A stretch of DNA of 49,372 nucleotides from Escherichia phage Eco_BIFF. The notes beneath the pieces are model-generated. The model was not told the DNA's origin. It worked only from the letters and a program-made list of their open reading frames with translations, and did not search any database. Location: the sequence record MH285980; one strand, written 5' to 3'. Both the position numbers and the translations under genes were made by a program. Positions 20,492 through 30,180 of the stretch are shown in pieces. Numbering within the stretch: position 1 is the stretch's first letter; the number at the start of each line of letters is the position of its first letter.

Positions 20492-21015
20492 TTGTATGTC
20501 CTCGTCGTTAGTGTGATTGCATTGTATGTCGCATTTACTTTTATTGCAATAGCACGATTACAATTTTTTCGTGTAACAGGTGTCTATTTTTGTAACCGGA
20601 ACTGGTGTTACAAAATCCACCCCATACGACAGCAGAGGGATATGATAAAAACTCTATATAATATATATAGATAGATAATATTTAATTTTAGCTTTATATA
20701 TAATTATTGTTGTGTAACAGTTGTCTATCGTGTAACTGGTGATTTGATTGATTCGTCAAATTTCTATCATATATGTTCAAAATTTAATCAATATGGATTC
20801 TATTTGTAGATATCTCTGTATTTCTAAGAAAAAGCGGTTACAAGTATTACACAGTAGACATCACATAAAAATATACCTAAGCCATTGATTCTGTTAATTC
20901 TGGTTGTAACTTGAGCAATATAGACATGCTATTACACGCCAATTACATGTATTTTATTGACTAAACGCCGTTAATGGCTATAATGGATTCATCGTAAACG
21001 AAGGAGGTAAACGCA
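20492..21015. promoter_or_regulatory. AT-rich divergent control region with TGTAAC/GTTACA repeats
   Basis: ~9 copies of TGTAAC or GTTACA, (TA)n tracts, sigma70 promoter at 20957..20984; no credible ORF. Confidence 0.5.
20957..20984 (+). promoter_or_regulatory. sigma70-type promoter for the recombination operon
   Basis: TTGACT, 16-bp spacer, TATAAT; ~30 nt before RBS of 21016..22080. Confidence 0.6.
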
Positions 21016-22080
21016 ATGTTCCAAGTATTCACATCAAGCCAGCTTTCTAATGACGAGTATCATAGCAACGAAGGTTGGGCGGCAGAGTATGTAAGCGGAT
21101 CGAGCCTTGCAGAAATTTATCAGACTTGCCCGGCTAACTGGCGATTCAAGAAGAACGAGACAACGAAAGCTCTTGAGTTCGGTACTCAGTCGCATACCAA
21201 CTTTGAGAGCCGAGATCTGTTTACTTCATCGTATGCCCGTTGCCCGGATCCGTCAGAGTTTAAAGATCTCATTACTTCGCAGGCGGCGCTGGCAGCAAAA
21301 TTAAAATCTTTTGGTCTGAAAGGTACATCCGGTAAGCAGTACCCTGACCTCATCAAAATGATGGTTGATTGTGGTGAAGAACTTAACGTTCAATACCTGA
21401 TTGAACTAATCGCAGAAGCTGAGGCGCGCGCTGAAGGAAAGCAACTTGTTGATGCTGACAAATACGACGCATGCATGAAGATGAGGGCTATACTTGAGCA
21501 AAATCCTGATCATGAGGCGTGCATTAACAGTGAAACAGCGCAGCGTGAGATTTCAATCTTCGGTGAGATATCCGGTGTCAAAGTTAAGGTTCGACTCGAT
21601 CATCTTGACTACAAAGAGAATGTCCCGGGTCGTGTTCTGACTGGTTATGATGAGAATGGCGATCCGGTGTATGAGGACGTAATTTTCCCTGAAGCGCTGA
21701 TTATTACTGACTTCAAAACTACGATGAGCGCAAACCCGTTAGAGTTCCCGCGACTGGCATACAATCACGGGTATTATCTGAAAATGGCATTGCAGCATGA
21801 CCTGCTACGACGAGCAATCCAGGCTGGCGCATTTGAAGGAAACTTCCCGGAAGATATCCCGATCGTAGTTCGATTGCTTGCGCAGGAGAAAAAGGAGCCT
21901 TATATCGCACTGGCTTACCGTATGACTATGGAGCAAATCAGGATCGGTCGTAACCAGTACATTAGCGTAGTCCACACTTACAAGGCTTGCTCTGAAATGG
22001 ATGTTTGGCCTGGATACGCTGGCGACGCAAGCGAGATTGAACTTGAAACTCCGTCATGGGTGCGATATCAAAACAAGTAA
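21016..22080 (+). CDS. PD-(D/E)XK recombination exonuclease (RecE/YqaJ-like)
   Basis: 354 aa; D...ITDFKT nuclease-like motif; first gene behind strong sigma70 promoter and RBS GAAGGAGG; followed by annealase and SSB. Confidence 0.5.
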   Translation: MFQVFTSSQLSNDEYHSNEGWAAEYVSGSSLAEIYQTCPANWRFKKNETTKALEFGTQSHTNFESRDLFTSSYARCPDPSEFKDLITSQAALAAKLKSFGLKGTSGKQYPDLIKMMVDCGEELNVQYLIELIAEAEARAEGKQLVDADKYDACMKMRAILEQNPDHEACINSETAQREISIFGEISGVKVKVRLDHLDYKENVPGRVLTGYDENGDPVYEDVIFPEALIITDFKTTMSANPLEFPRLAYNHGYYLKMALQHDLLRRAIQAGAFEGNFPEDIPIVVRLLAQEKKEPYIALAYRMTMEQIRIGRNQYISVVHTYKACSEMDVWPGYAGDASEIELETPSWVRYQNK

Positions 22081-22154
22081 ACTGCACAAATAGCTAAACA
22101 AATAATTAATGAGGTGTTATAATGCACCTAATACACTAATCAGGAGAAATTAAG

Positions 22155-22802
22155 ATGCAATTATCACCAGAAACAAACGAAATCCTTCCCGCTCTGTTTA
22201 ATGCTCGCAATAAATTCGCGAAGGCAAAGAAGGATGCTAAAAACAATCACCTTAAAAATTCATACGCAACTCTTGATGCAATGATGGCGGCAGTTAGTCC
22301 TGCGTTAACCGATAACGATATCATGATCCTGCAATCAATGCTGGATACCAGCACTGAAACGACCTTCCATCTTGAAACGATGCTGATTCACAAATCCGGT
22401 CAGTGGGCAAAATTCTTCATGATGATGCCGATTGCAAAACGAGATCCTCAAGGTGTAGGTTCCGCAATGACGTATGCTAGACGTTACTCTCTAGCCGCAG
22501 CGCTTGGAATTAGCCAAAGTGACGACGACGCGCAGCTTGCGGTGAAATCTGTCAAAGACTGGAAGAAAGAACTTGATGCGTGCGAAGATATCGAATCACT
22601 GAAGGATGTATGGGCCAACGCCTACCGCCAAACTGACACGGCGAGCAAATCAATCATTCAGGATCATTACAACGCACTTAAGGCTAAATTTGAGATCGGC
22701 AAAGCTCGCGGCATTCGCCCAGCGCAACCGGAACAGAAAAAACAGGTTGAAGCAACGAGCGCGAAGCCTGTACAATCTCAATCAATCACCAACTTCGAAT
22801 AA
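22155..22802 (+). CDS. ERF-family single-strand annealing protein (putative)
   Basis: 215 aa with GSAMTYARRYSLAAALGI segment; sits between exonuclease and SSB. Confidence 0.5.
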   Translation: MQLSPETNEILPALFNARNKFAKAKKDAKNNHLKNSYATLDAMMAAVSPALTDNDIMILQSMLDTSTETTFHLETMLIHKSGQWAKFFMMMPIAKRDPQGVGSAMTYARRYSLAAALGISQSDDDAQLAVKSVKDWKKELDACEDIESLKDVWANAYRQTDTASKSIIQDHYNALKAKFEIGKARGIRPAQPEQKKQVEATSAKPVQSQSITNFE

Positions 22803-22848
22803 TCATCAGGGCGGCTTCGGTCGCCCATAAAATTTAGGAGAGAAAAAC

Positions 22849-23262
22849 ATGCATATTATCACTGGCGAGATCCGCAAAGAACCAAAGATTCTGGAACGTA
22901 ACGGAGGAAATACTTATATCATCGAACTGGCAGAAAGCTACAAGCCTCGTGATGGCGATCGCGAATACACAAACTACACATTCTTTTTTAGCGATGGTGG
23001 AAAGCCAGGTCTTGCTGACTGGTATCGCGAAGCGTTTCAGGTTGGTCGGGTAATTTCAGTATCTTGCGAAACGTTGAAGATCTCATCCCGTGAGCATAAC
23101 GGAACGACTTATAATTCATTGCAGGCTGCTGATTTCCCTAAGTTGGTATTTAGTCAGCGAGGACAAAGCAATCAACAACGAGCACCGCAGCAACAACAGC
23201 GAACGCAATCACAGCCACAGCCAAATCCTCAATCAACTTTCGATGATGATATCCCGTTCTAA
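22849..23262 (+). CDS. ssb: single-stranded DNA-binding protein
   Basis: 137 aa; Gln/Pro-rich linker and C-terminal acidic tail ending DDDIPF, the SSB hallmark. Confidence 0.8.
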   Translation: MHIITGEIRKEPKILERNGGNTYIIELAESYKPRDGDREYTNYTFFFSDGGKPGLADWYREAFQVGRVISVSCETLKISSREHNGTTYNSLQAADFPKLVFSQRGQSNQQRAPQQQQRTQSQPQPNPQSTFDDDIPF

Positions 23263-23263
23263 C

Positions 23264-23296
23264 AAAAATCCCCGCATTGCGGGGATTTTATCATTT
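23264..23296. terminator. bidirectional terminator between ssb and tail-fibre gene
   Basis: 9-bp stem AAATCCCCG/CGGGGATTT with A-run upstream and T-run downstream. Confidence 0.65.
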
Positions 23297-24796
23297 GGAC
23301 TTCAACATTTTTATCTCTTCTTGTAACTCTTCAACTTTCTTTATTGTATCCTGTAAAGCTCTCATAGTGTCAAGCAATAAAGGAGTTGTATCAAGCTCAA
23401 GCCTTTCAACTTTTGGCCCGTTTAGCTCGTGGCTCTCATACACCCTTCTCTTAACATATAGATTGTCGATCTCTTCTATCTCCTGAGCTATAACACCTCT
23501 CCTTACCCTTTCTTGCTCATCATCGTTAAATATAAAGTTCCTAAATCTCATTGATTTTATGTTGTTGTATGCAATGCTTGATTCATCATCCTTTATGCTG
23601 TGCTTTATATTTCTGTCAGATGCCGGAACCTGTTGGAAACTTCCAGCCCCTTGCGGTCCAGCGTAAGATATTTGCCCTGAAGCCATAAACCTGAAATGCA
23701 TTTGCAGACCAATATTGCCTGATCCATCCCTATCTTGAGTGCCTACTGATATTTGTGCCCTGGGCCATTCATTATTACCCGTAGTCATCATGCCAAATGC
23801 TACGCCGCCAACGTATCCCAGACCTCTGGTGTCGCACGATCCAGCAATAAGTGATTGATAGTTTTCAGCACCACTATCAGCGGTGTAAGCATTACCCTGG
23901 AAGCATGAAGCAGACCACATCTGGTTATAACTCATAGTTGTTTTCTTGCATAAAAACTGATTGGCTCTGAATCTATTGTTAGTCTCGAAGTAGTTTGCCC
24001 CCTCATAAAATAATAAAGTCCCAGCATAACCATTATCGCTATGTTCTTTTCTTACGTAAATCCCTGGCGAGGATATTCCATCAGGTGACATAATCATCAA
24101 TGATGACAACATGGTCTTACTACCCCAGTTAGAACCGTCCCATGAGTTCCTTCCTGCACCTATAGCACCCGTGGTGTTAATAGTAAGAAAGTTAACAGCA
24201 TCATTTTCACCTAACCCAATATTTTTTCTTGACTCTTTTTTATCCTCAAGACCAGCCAAGTTTCCATCCTTAGTTAAAAGATTTTCAGCATTGATGCTGT
24301 TAGCTGCGTCTTTAGCTTCTTGAGCGCTAACAGATGCCGCATCTTTTGATCTTACCGCATCGTCACGCGCTAATTCAGCCTGATTTTGCGCAGCTTGAGA
24401 ATCAGATTTCGCCTTATTCACATCAGCAACTATTTGCTCAAGTTTATTCATATCAAGCTGATTTATCAGATCTATAGCTGCCGCGATCTCAGTCTCTTTG
24501 CTTTGATAGTATCGAAGCGTCTCGGCAACGTTTTGAGCTAAGCCGTTAACAGTCAACGAATCGTTAAGCAAGATCACATACTTTCCGTCAGCTGCAGTCT
24601 GACCATCCGTAGAGATAGCCTTTAGCTCTGTGTCGCTCACAATATCGCTGATTACCGCCAGCTTAATTGGTTGCTCCAGGAATACGATAGTTGCACCGAC
24701 TCGAATCAGAGCAAGCTGATCTTTCCATTTTGTATCGGTTCCGTGAACCGTGCCGTCTGCATCCATTGATGCAGTACCGCGTCTATATAAAGCCAT
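23291..24796 (-). CDS. tail fibre with C-terminal intramolecular chaperone (peptidase S74-type) domain
   Basis: 501 aa; C-terminal ~120 aa resemble the self-cleaving chaperone domain of phage fibres; own sigma70-like promoter and terminator. Confidence 0.65.
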   Translation of the reverse strand: MALYRRGTASMDADGTVHGTDTKWKDQLALIRVGATIVFLEQPIKLAVISDIVSDTELKAISTDGQTAADGKYVILLNDSLTVNGLAQNVAETLRYYQSKETEIAAAIDLINQLDMNKLEQIVADVNKAKSDSQAAQNQAELARDDAVRSKDAASVSAQEAKDAANSINAENLLTKDGNLAGLEDKKESRKNIGLGENDAVNFLTINTTGAIGAGRNSWDGSNWGSKTMLSSLMIMSPDGISSPGIYVRKEHSDNGYAGTLLFYEGANYFETNNRFRANQFLCKKTTMSYNQMWSASCFQGNAYTADSGAENYQSLIAGSCDTRGLGYVGGVAFGMMTTGNNEWPRAQISVGTQDRDGSGNIGLQMHFRFMASGQISYAGPQGAGSFQQVPASDRNIKHSIKDDESSIAYNNIKSMRFRNFIFNDDEQERVRRGVIAQEIEEIDNLYVKRRVYESHELNGPKVERLELDTTPLLLDTMRALQDTIKKVEELQEEIKMLKSK

Positions 24797-24816
24797 AGTA
24801 TAAACTCCTTAGGTAA

Positions 24817-24836
24817 ATAGCACGAATTGCTAAGCT
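24817..24836 (+). repeat. copy of the 20-bp element in the leader of the minus-strand tail-fibre gene
   Basis: ATAGCACGAATTGCTAAGCT between tail-fibre promoter 24840..24868 and its RBS; no properly spaced -10 on the plus strand. Confidence 0.4.
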
Positions 24837-24839
24837 CAG

Positions 24840-24868
24840 ATTTTATCATTGTGATACCCGCCTTGCAA
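24840..24868 (-). promoter_or_regulatory. sigma70-type promoter for the tail-fibre gene
   Basis: Minus strand TTGCAA, 17-bp spacer, TAAAAT, immediately after the primase terminator. Confidence 0.45.
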
Positions 24869-24873
24869 TGGGC

Positions 24874-24897
24874 AATAAAAAACCGCCCGAAGGCGGT
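24874..24897 (-). terminator. intrinsic terminator after primase (minus strand)
   Basis: ACCGCC-cgaa-GGCGGT with T-run on the minus strand. Confidence 0.55.
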
Positions 24898-25832
24898 TAG
24901 AGTAGGTCACTTGCTGAGAATAATTTGGCTTGCATTCCTGAACGGTATCCTCCAGGATTCGTGATGATTATTTTTAATTGTCGGTCGTCTGCCATGTACA
25001 AGGTATCCTTGTCTGAAGGTTCGCACGCCACCCTTACTTCTCGATCACCTTTATACCTGTATGCAACCATTTCGAGATTTTCAGGGGTGAAGCAGGCCCA
25101 TACTTCTTGCTTTGTGTGAAATGCAATATGCTGAGCATCAATCCAGTTCAGACATAAGTAGATCGCCTTCTCTGTTTTACCAGTCACGGCAACCGAGCAA
25201 CTCGTGTATTTCTTCGCGTAAAATGACTCCCTTCCTTCCTCATCAATAATCAAAATATTGCAAAACTCGTCATCAAGCCCATCCTCATGCACAAGTTGAC
25301 ACGGGATAGTGTGAAATACGCTCTCTCCGCCATCTTCTCGACGTTTTACGCCAACGTCGAATGATTCAGTGGGTAGTGACTCAAAAATACTTAGGGGTGT
25401 GTTTACGCGCTTCTCTGTACGCTCCATAACTTTCATTACTGCTTCATGGTCTGCCATCATGACGTTGACACCTGATACCGGAGTTCGGCGCGCTTTCTTG
25501 TTCGCCTTGACGATATATTCCTGCGGAACCTTTCCGAGAAATCTTCCCAGGATGTTTATACATTCGCTGTACGGCATACCAGTTAATTTCATCAACCAAC
25601 CAATCCCGGAGTCGTTACCGCAGGAGTTGCAGATCGCGCCGCCGTCGCCAGGAGTATTCAGATTGTCAGTCCAGCGAAAACGGTCTTTGCCGCCGCAGTT
25701 AGGGCAAGGTTGGTGCTTCTTGTTGAAAACCCCGTTAGGTAATCCGCATACGGACTGGAACGCCTCACGCCATAACCCCTTCATATACGGCAATACGTCC
25801 TCTTTCTGAAACATCATAAATTCTTCGTTCAC
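24897..25832 (-). CDS. DNA primase (N-terminal zinc-ribbon)
   Basis: GTG start with GGAG RBS; CPNCGGKDRFRW...CNSCG matches primase-helicase zinc-binding motif. Confidence 0.6.
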   Translation of the reverse strand: MNEEFMMFQKEDVLPYMKGLWREAFQSVCGLPNGVFNKKHQPCPNCGGKDRFRWTDNLNTPGDGGAICNSCGNDSGIGWLMKLTGMPYSECINILGRFLGKVPQEYIVKANKKARRTPVSGVNVMMADHEAVMKVMERTEKRVNTPLSIFESLPTESFDVGVKRREDGGESVFHTIPCQLVHEDGLDDEFCNILIIDEEGRESFYAKKYTSCSVAVTGKTEKAIYLCLNWIDAQHIAFHTKQEVWACFTPENLEMVAYRYKGDREVRVACEPSDKDTLYMADDRQLKIIITNPGGYRSGMQAKLFSASDLL

Positions 25833-25865
25833 TTCCAGATCTCCAAATAAAAAACGCGTAGAAGG

Positions 25866-25909
25866 ATGTTAACCCGCTACGCGTCGATTGTTTTAACTAA
25901 AAATGCTAT
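25866..25909 (-). promoter_or_regulatory. promoter cassette: 20-bp element + 18-bp spacer + -10 TAACAT; upstream of primase
   Basis: Element ATAGCATTTTTAGTTAAAAC on minus strand; -10 sits in loop of hairpin followed by T-run; 27 nt before GTG 25832. Confidence 0.45.
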
Positions 25910-26345
25910 TGGTCGTTCCGATATCTTCCTTCTTCACGACGCGCATAAATTTCTTATTCTTGCATCGCTTCTCAAGGCATTTGCCGTTACCGTCAAACTT
26001 CAGGTCGAATCTAAGCCAGGCGGCGCGGAATCCTTTACACCCCTGACGGCGGTAAGCACGATGCGCAGCTTCAGCACCTTGCCACGAAATCATGTTGCGA
26101 TCTTTCCAGCCTTGCACTGTTTGATTGCTAACTTTCAAAGCCTTTGCGCAGGCCGCTGGACCGCCGTAATATTCAATAAGAGCGTCAAGTCGCGCTCGCA
26201 GTCCCGCTCGTGTTTCTTCTTTATGAATATAGAAGCCGCAGCGCTGTCGAGGCTTTTTGTCTTTACCGCGTCGCGTTCCGTTGTTACCATTAATGTGACG
26301 TTTATCGATTTCACCAGTTGACTCTGCGATACGTTGCATATTCAT
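25893..26345 (-). CDS. HTH DNA-binding protein (putative regulator)
   Basis: Start moved to ATG 26345 (RBS AGGAG 7 nt upstream); Cro/XRE-like helix-turn-helix segment LKVSNQTVQGW. Confidence 0.4.
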   Translation of the reverse strand: MNMQRIAESTGEIDKRHINGNNGTRRGKDKKPRQRCGFYIHKEETRAGLRARLDALIEYYGGPAACAKALKVSNQTVQGWKDRNMISWQGAEAAHRAYRRQGCKGFRAAWLRFDLKFDGNGKCLEKRCKNKKFMRVVKKEDIGTTNSIFS

Positions 26346-26357
26346 CTTAATTCTCCT

Positions 26358-26401
26358 GTAGCACTTTTTGCTAAAAACGTTTACTGTATGTCGTGTATTA
26401 T
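26358..26401 (+). promoter_or_regulatory. promoter cassette (-10 TATTAT); upstream of helicase
   Basis: GTAGCACTTTTTGCTAAAAA + 18 bp + TATTAT; 32 nt before helicase start. Confidence 0.5.
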
Positions 26402-26439
26402 AGCGTAAACGATACAACGATTCAAAGGATTAAATAGCT

Positions 26440-28458
26440 GTGACAATTAACATCAAGAAGCAAATCGCATTACTTGGCGAGGACTATATAAAACGCACTC
26501 AAGAACGATTTACTGTCGGTGAGGTCGTTCCTTATCCGTATCAGGTTGTTGCTTATGCCGAGATCGCAAAACGCCTGTCAAATTACGAGCATCCATTCTT
26601 TGTTAAAGCGTCAGTATCTGCGGGTAAAACAATCATATTCGCTATGGTGGCAAAGCAGTGTCAAAAAATGGGACTGAAAATGCTTGTGCTTGCGCGACAG
26701 GGTGAGATTGTCGATCAGGATAGTGAGGAGATTGACAACTTCGGGGTAACGAACTCCATATTCTCAGCATCGCTTGGAATCAAGTCCTGCTACTTCCCGA
26801 TCGTGGTTGGCTCAGAGGGTACTGTTGCAAATGGCCTCGACAATGAGTTAGCTGATTTCGTACCGCATGTAATTGGGATCGACGAATGTCACCAGGTGGA
26901 TTGGGAAGACCTTGCGCAAGCCATCGAAGGCAAGGAAACGATGGAGCAGATGAGGGGCGAGAAAGGGAAGGTTATCATGGACGGAGATATCCCCATGATT
27001 GGTAATGATGGAAAACCTTTACTTGGAACCAAGCGCAGTCAGTACACGATCGTAATCATGGAAATGATGCGGCGCTGTAAAAAGGTTCACGGTCACGATC
27101 TCAGAATATTTGGTATGACCGGATCTGAATTTCGGGGTGTAGTTCCTATTCTGGTAGAGAATCCTAAAGAGCTGGGATTCTGGCGTGAGCGAGTAACTGA
27201 TATCGACACAAACTATCTGATTGAGTTCGGATCTGTTGTGCCGACGATATTCGGTTCAACTGACGGCGTACACTACGATCTGGATAAGTTCAAGGCATCA
27301 AGCGAGGACGGCGTACAGGACTTTACAGAGAAAGATATGAAGGCAATGGAAGATGAGATCCTTCATGATAAATCTCTTACTCAGCGAATCATGCAAATGG
27401 TCGCCAAAAAGGCTGAAGAGCGTAACGCGGTTCTGATTACATGCGCCTGGGAACGCCACTGCAAAGAGGCGGCGGCAGCACTTCCTCCGGGAAGTACATA
27501 TGCAATTATTACTGGCGACACAGACAACAAAGCGCGCAAGAAGATTCTTGACGATGTGAGGGCTGGGAAAATTAAATACACCTTTCAGGTAATGGCGCTC
27601 ACTACTGGTGTTAACGTTCCAAATTGGGATTTCAGTGTCATACTCCGCAAGATAGGATCTCTCACTCTGTTGATTCAGCTTTTGGGTAGGGGTATGCGGC
27701 TGCTTAAATCATGGCAGGTTGCTGAAGGAATGGTTAAGCAAGACCATCTGGTATGGGATTTCGCTGGCACTATGGATGAGTTGGGCCAGCTTTATTTCGA
27801 TCCGATACTTGAGCAGGCGCAATTCCAGAAGCGTTTTGAAAACGGCAAAGACCCGAAAACATGCCCGAAATGCGGTTGCGTAAATAGCTTCTATGCTCGA
27901 CGATGCGTTAATGTCATTGATGGTGAACGTTGCGATTATTTCTGGACTTCTCAGATTTGCGAGGACCAGGTTGATGAACGTACCGGGAAAATCATTGTTA
28001 AAGGATGTGGTGCAGAGAATGACGTTGTTGCGCGAGTCTGTCGTTGTTGTGATGTTTCGCTTGTCGATCCTAACCTGAAGTTATCAGGTAAGGCGTACAC
28101 TAAGAATGACTGGTATGAAGTAAAGAATTTTGAGGTTACGCTAACCAAAAACCAGAAAGGCATAATATACAAATACACGCTGATTAACGACGATGGTGAT
28201 GAGTTCAAGGCGTATGAAAAATTCTTCCCCGAGTCTGACTCTAAGATTTGCGGTACGCTATGGAAAACTAAAGGTGTACTTCCTCATGTGTCAGATCCTA
28301 AAATGCGACGCTACTTTATCGGAATGAAGAACGCCATCAAGATTTTGCAATACTCACATCATATTGCTCACCCGGTGCGCGTAACTCATCGTCGCAACCA
28401 GAAGAAAGAAGATATTATCTCACGTAAAGACTTCGGTATGGAGGATATCCCGGAATGA
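26440..28458 (+). CDS. ATP-dependent DNA helicase (SF2) with C-terminal zinc ribbons
   Basis: Walker A SAGKT, DEAH-like GIDECHQ, CPKCG...C and CGAEN...CRCC ribbons; GTG start. Confidence 0.75.
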   Translation: MTINIKKQIALLGEDYIKRTQERFTVGEVVPYPYQVVAYAEIAKRLSNYEHPFFVKASVSAGKTIIFAMVAKQCQKMGLKMLVLARQGEIVDQDSEEIDNFGVTNSIFSASLGIKSCYFPIVVGSEGTVANGLDNELADFVPHVIGIDECHQVDWEDLAQAIEGKETMEQMRGEKGKVIMDGDIPMIGNDGKPLLGTKRSQYTIVIMEMMRRCKKVHGHDLRIFGMTGSEFRGVVPILVENPKELGFWRERVTDIDTNYLIEFGSVVPTIFGSTDGVHYDLDKFKASSEDGVQDFTEKDMKAMEDEILHDKSLTQRIMQMVAKKAEERNAVLITCAWERHCKEAAAALPPGSTYAIITGDTDNKARKKILDDVRAGKIKYTFQVMALTTGVNVPNWDFSVILRKIGSLTLLIQLLGRGMRLLKSWQVAEGMVKQDHLVWDFAGTMDELGQLYFDPILEQAQFQKRFENGKDPKTCPKCGCVNSFYARRCVNVIDGERCDYFWTSQICEDQVDERTGKIIVKGCGAENDVVARVCRCCDVSLVDPNLKLSGKAYTKNDWYEVKNFEVTLTKNQKGIIYKYTLINDDGDEFKAYEKFFPESDSKICGTLWKTKGVLPHVSDPKMRRYFIGMKNAIKILQYSHHIAHPVRVTHRRNQKKEDIISRKDFGMEDIPE

Positions 28459-28871
28459 TTACAGACAAAGGTGATTATTTAGAATTTTACGAGCGAGATC
28501 CAAGCGATACTCGAAAGGAGGATGCTCATCAAGTTGATTGCGTGTCATGGCTGAAATACAATTTCCCTCACCTTCTATTTTGGCACACTGTCAATGAAGG
28601 TGAAAAAACAATCACATCGGCACTAAGGGATGAACAAGCTGGATTACTTAAAGGCGTGTCAGACTTCGTTATCCTGATTGGTGTCAACTCACGATACCCG
28701 TTTGCAGCAATAGAACTCAAGCGGGTTAATAAGTCAGGCAAAGGAAAGGCGTCACCAGTCAGCGACAAGCAAAGGGAATTTCTCCGAAAGGTCCGGGAGC
28801 GCGGTGGATTCTCTGCCGTCGCATACGGATTCGGGCAATTCAAGATCGCAATTTACGAAATGATGAAATAG
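28455..28871 (+). CDS. VRR-NUC domain nuclease
   Basis: 138 aa with D...ELK PD-(D/E)XK-type motif (SDFVILIG...AIELK); overlaps helicase stop. Confidence 0.6.
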   Translation: MITDKGDYLEFYERDPSDTRKEDAHQVDCVSWLKYNFPHLLFWHTVNEGEKTITSALRDEQAGLLKGVSDFVILIGVNSRYPFAAIELKRVNKSGKGKASPVSDKQREFLRKVRERGGFSAVAYGFGQFKIAIYEMMK

Positions 28872-28911
28872 CACTTTTTGTTAAAACTGCCGGAATGGAA
28901 TCTGGCATAAT
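28868..28911 (+). promoter_or_regulatory. promoter cassette (-10 TGGCATAAT)
   Basis: ATAGCACTTTTTGTTAAAAC + 18 bp + CATAAT with TG extension; stop TAG of 28455..28871 lies inside the element. Confidence 0.5.
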
Positions 28912-28991
28912 ATTCTCATTGAAACGTTACGGATGTGTAAGAATGAACACTATATATTTTGTTTGCAATGTAATTTGCGAAGAGTCTAAAG

Positions 28992-29141
28992 ATGAACATT
29001 TTTTCAACTGGGGATAGTTACGAGGTTTTAGAGAAGAATGATAATTACGTAATGATTGATAATAATGGAGTTGAACGTGATGTTTGTATGGTTAATGGCG
29101 GCATTATAGTATCAAGCAATTCAAAATTCACTGAGTTATAA
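28992..29141 (+). CDS. small hypothetical protein (49 aa)
   Basis: Short AT-rich ORF between promoter cassette 28868..28911 and dam; weak RBS. Confidence 0.25.
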   Translation: MNIFSTGDSYEVLEKNDNYVMIDNNGVERDVCMVNGGIIVSSNSKFTEL

Positions 29142-29152
29142 GGATTTAAACA

Positions 29153-29866
29153 ATGAAAGACTTCAACGATATAGAAACCATCGACTTTGCAGAGACTGGC
29201 TGCTCATTCACTCGCGAAGCAATAGCGTCAGGCTGTTATTATCAGGCATTGAAAACGCCAACCTGCAAAGAGATTTCAGGGCGTCGATACAAGGGAACAA
29301 ATACCCCTGACGCTGTTCGTGATTTATGGTCAACTCCACGCGAGGTTATCGCATACCTTGAGGGGCGCTACGGAAAATATGACCTCGACGCTGCGGCAAG
29401 TGAAGAAAATAAAGTTTGCGATAAGTTTTATTCTCAGGAAACAAACTGCTTAAAACGTTGGTGGGGTAAAAATAAGCATGTATGGTCAAATCCTCCTTAT
29501 AGTCGACCTGATATATTCGTCAAGAAGGCGATCGAGCAAATGGAGCACAACAACCAGATTGATATTCTGTTGCCTGCCGATAATTCTACAGCGTGGTTTA
29601 CTGAGGCGCGACAGCACGCGGCTGAGATTATCTGGATTGAAGCTGATTTGACGGAGGATATCGACGGGAACGAGTACGCCCGATCCGGTCGCCTGGCGTT
29701 CATATCAGGTGAAACCGGGAAGGCCGTTGATGGTAATAACAAAGGTTCGGTAATTTTCATTATGCGCGAACTGAAAGAGGGTGAGGTTCAACAGACTCAC
29801 TATATCCCAATCACAAGCATTTGCCCTTCGGTTAAAAACAAGCGCGCAAAAGTAAGGAAAGTATGA
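29153..29866 (+). CDS. dam: DNA N6-adenine methyltransferase (Dam-type)
   Basis: 237 aa; SAM-binding DLDAAAS and catalytic NPPY motifs; length matches the recalled T1 Dam. Confidence 0.8.
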   Translation: MKDFNDIETIDFAETGCSFTREAIASGCYYQALKTPTCKEISGRRYKGTNTPDAVRDLWSTPREVIAYLEGRYGKYDLDAAASEENKVCDKFYSQETNCLKRWWGKNKHVWSNPPYSRPDIFVKKAIEQMEHNNQIDILLPADNSTAWFTEARQHAAEIIWIEADLTEDIDGNEYARSGRLAFISGETGKAVDGNNKGSVIFIMRELKEGEVQQTHYIPITSICPSVKNKRAKVRKV

Positions 29867-30114
29867 TGAACGAGAAAATGATTCCTGTTAAGTTAACTGA
29901 TCAAGGTTTATGGCTACTTTATCGAGCTACGTGCTGCGAAATTATGGAGCGAAACGGATTGACTCAGGATGTTATTGGTTGCGATCTGTGGGATTTCACT
30001 AGTTCTCTTGATATGTCTTTCGGTGAGATAAAAAATGAACATATCGAGAATTGGCCTTCAATTATCCAGAAAGACGTAGAGGAACTTAAAGCAGATACGA
30101 TCGTTCAGCACTAA
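29863..30114 (+). CDS. hypothetical protein
   Basis: 83-aa ORF coupled to dam stop; RBS AGGAAAG. Confidence 0.45.
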   Translation: MMNEKMIPVKLTDQGLWLLYRATCCEIMERNGLTQDVIGCDLWDFTSSLDMSFGEIKNEHIENWPSIIQKDVEELKADTIVQH

Positions 30115-30148
30115 TTGCTAAAAATACCCGGCGAAAGTCGGGTATAGT
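30105..30148 (+). promoter_or_regulatory. promoter cassette (-10 TATAGT)
   Basis: TCAGCACTAATTGCTAAAAA + 18 bp + TATAGT; stop TAA of 29863..30114 lies inside; 26 nt before ATG 30181. Confidence 0.5.
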
Positions 30149-30180
30149 TATTTCATTGAGACAAGATGAGGAATCAAAAG

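Noticed and set aside
20492-20674. ORF 20492..20674 (60 aa) in the AT-rich control region
   Set aside because: Lies in a repeat-rich, promoter-bearing intergenic region, has no RBS and a low-complexity hydrophobic translation; probably not coding.
28933-29141. Possible frame change at the T6 run 28997..29002 linking a 24-codon ORF (28943) to ORF 28992..29141
   Set aside because: Both candidate ORFs are very short with weak RBSs and the similar N-termini (MNTIYF / MNIFS) may be coincidence; evidence is too thin to call a third homopolymer disruption.
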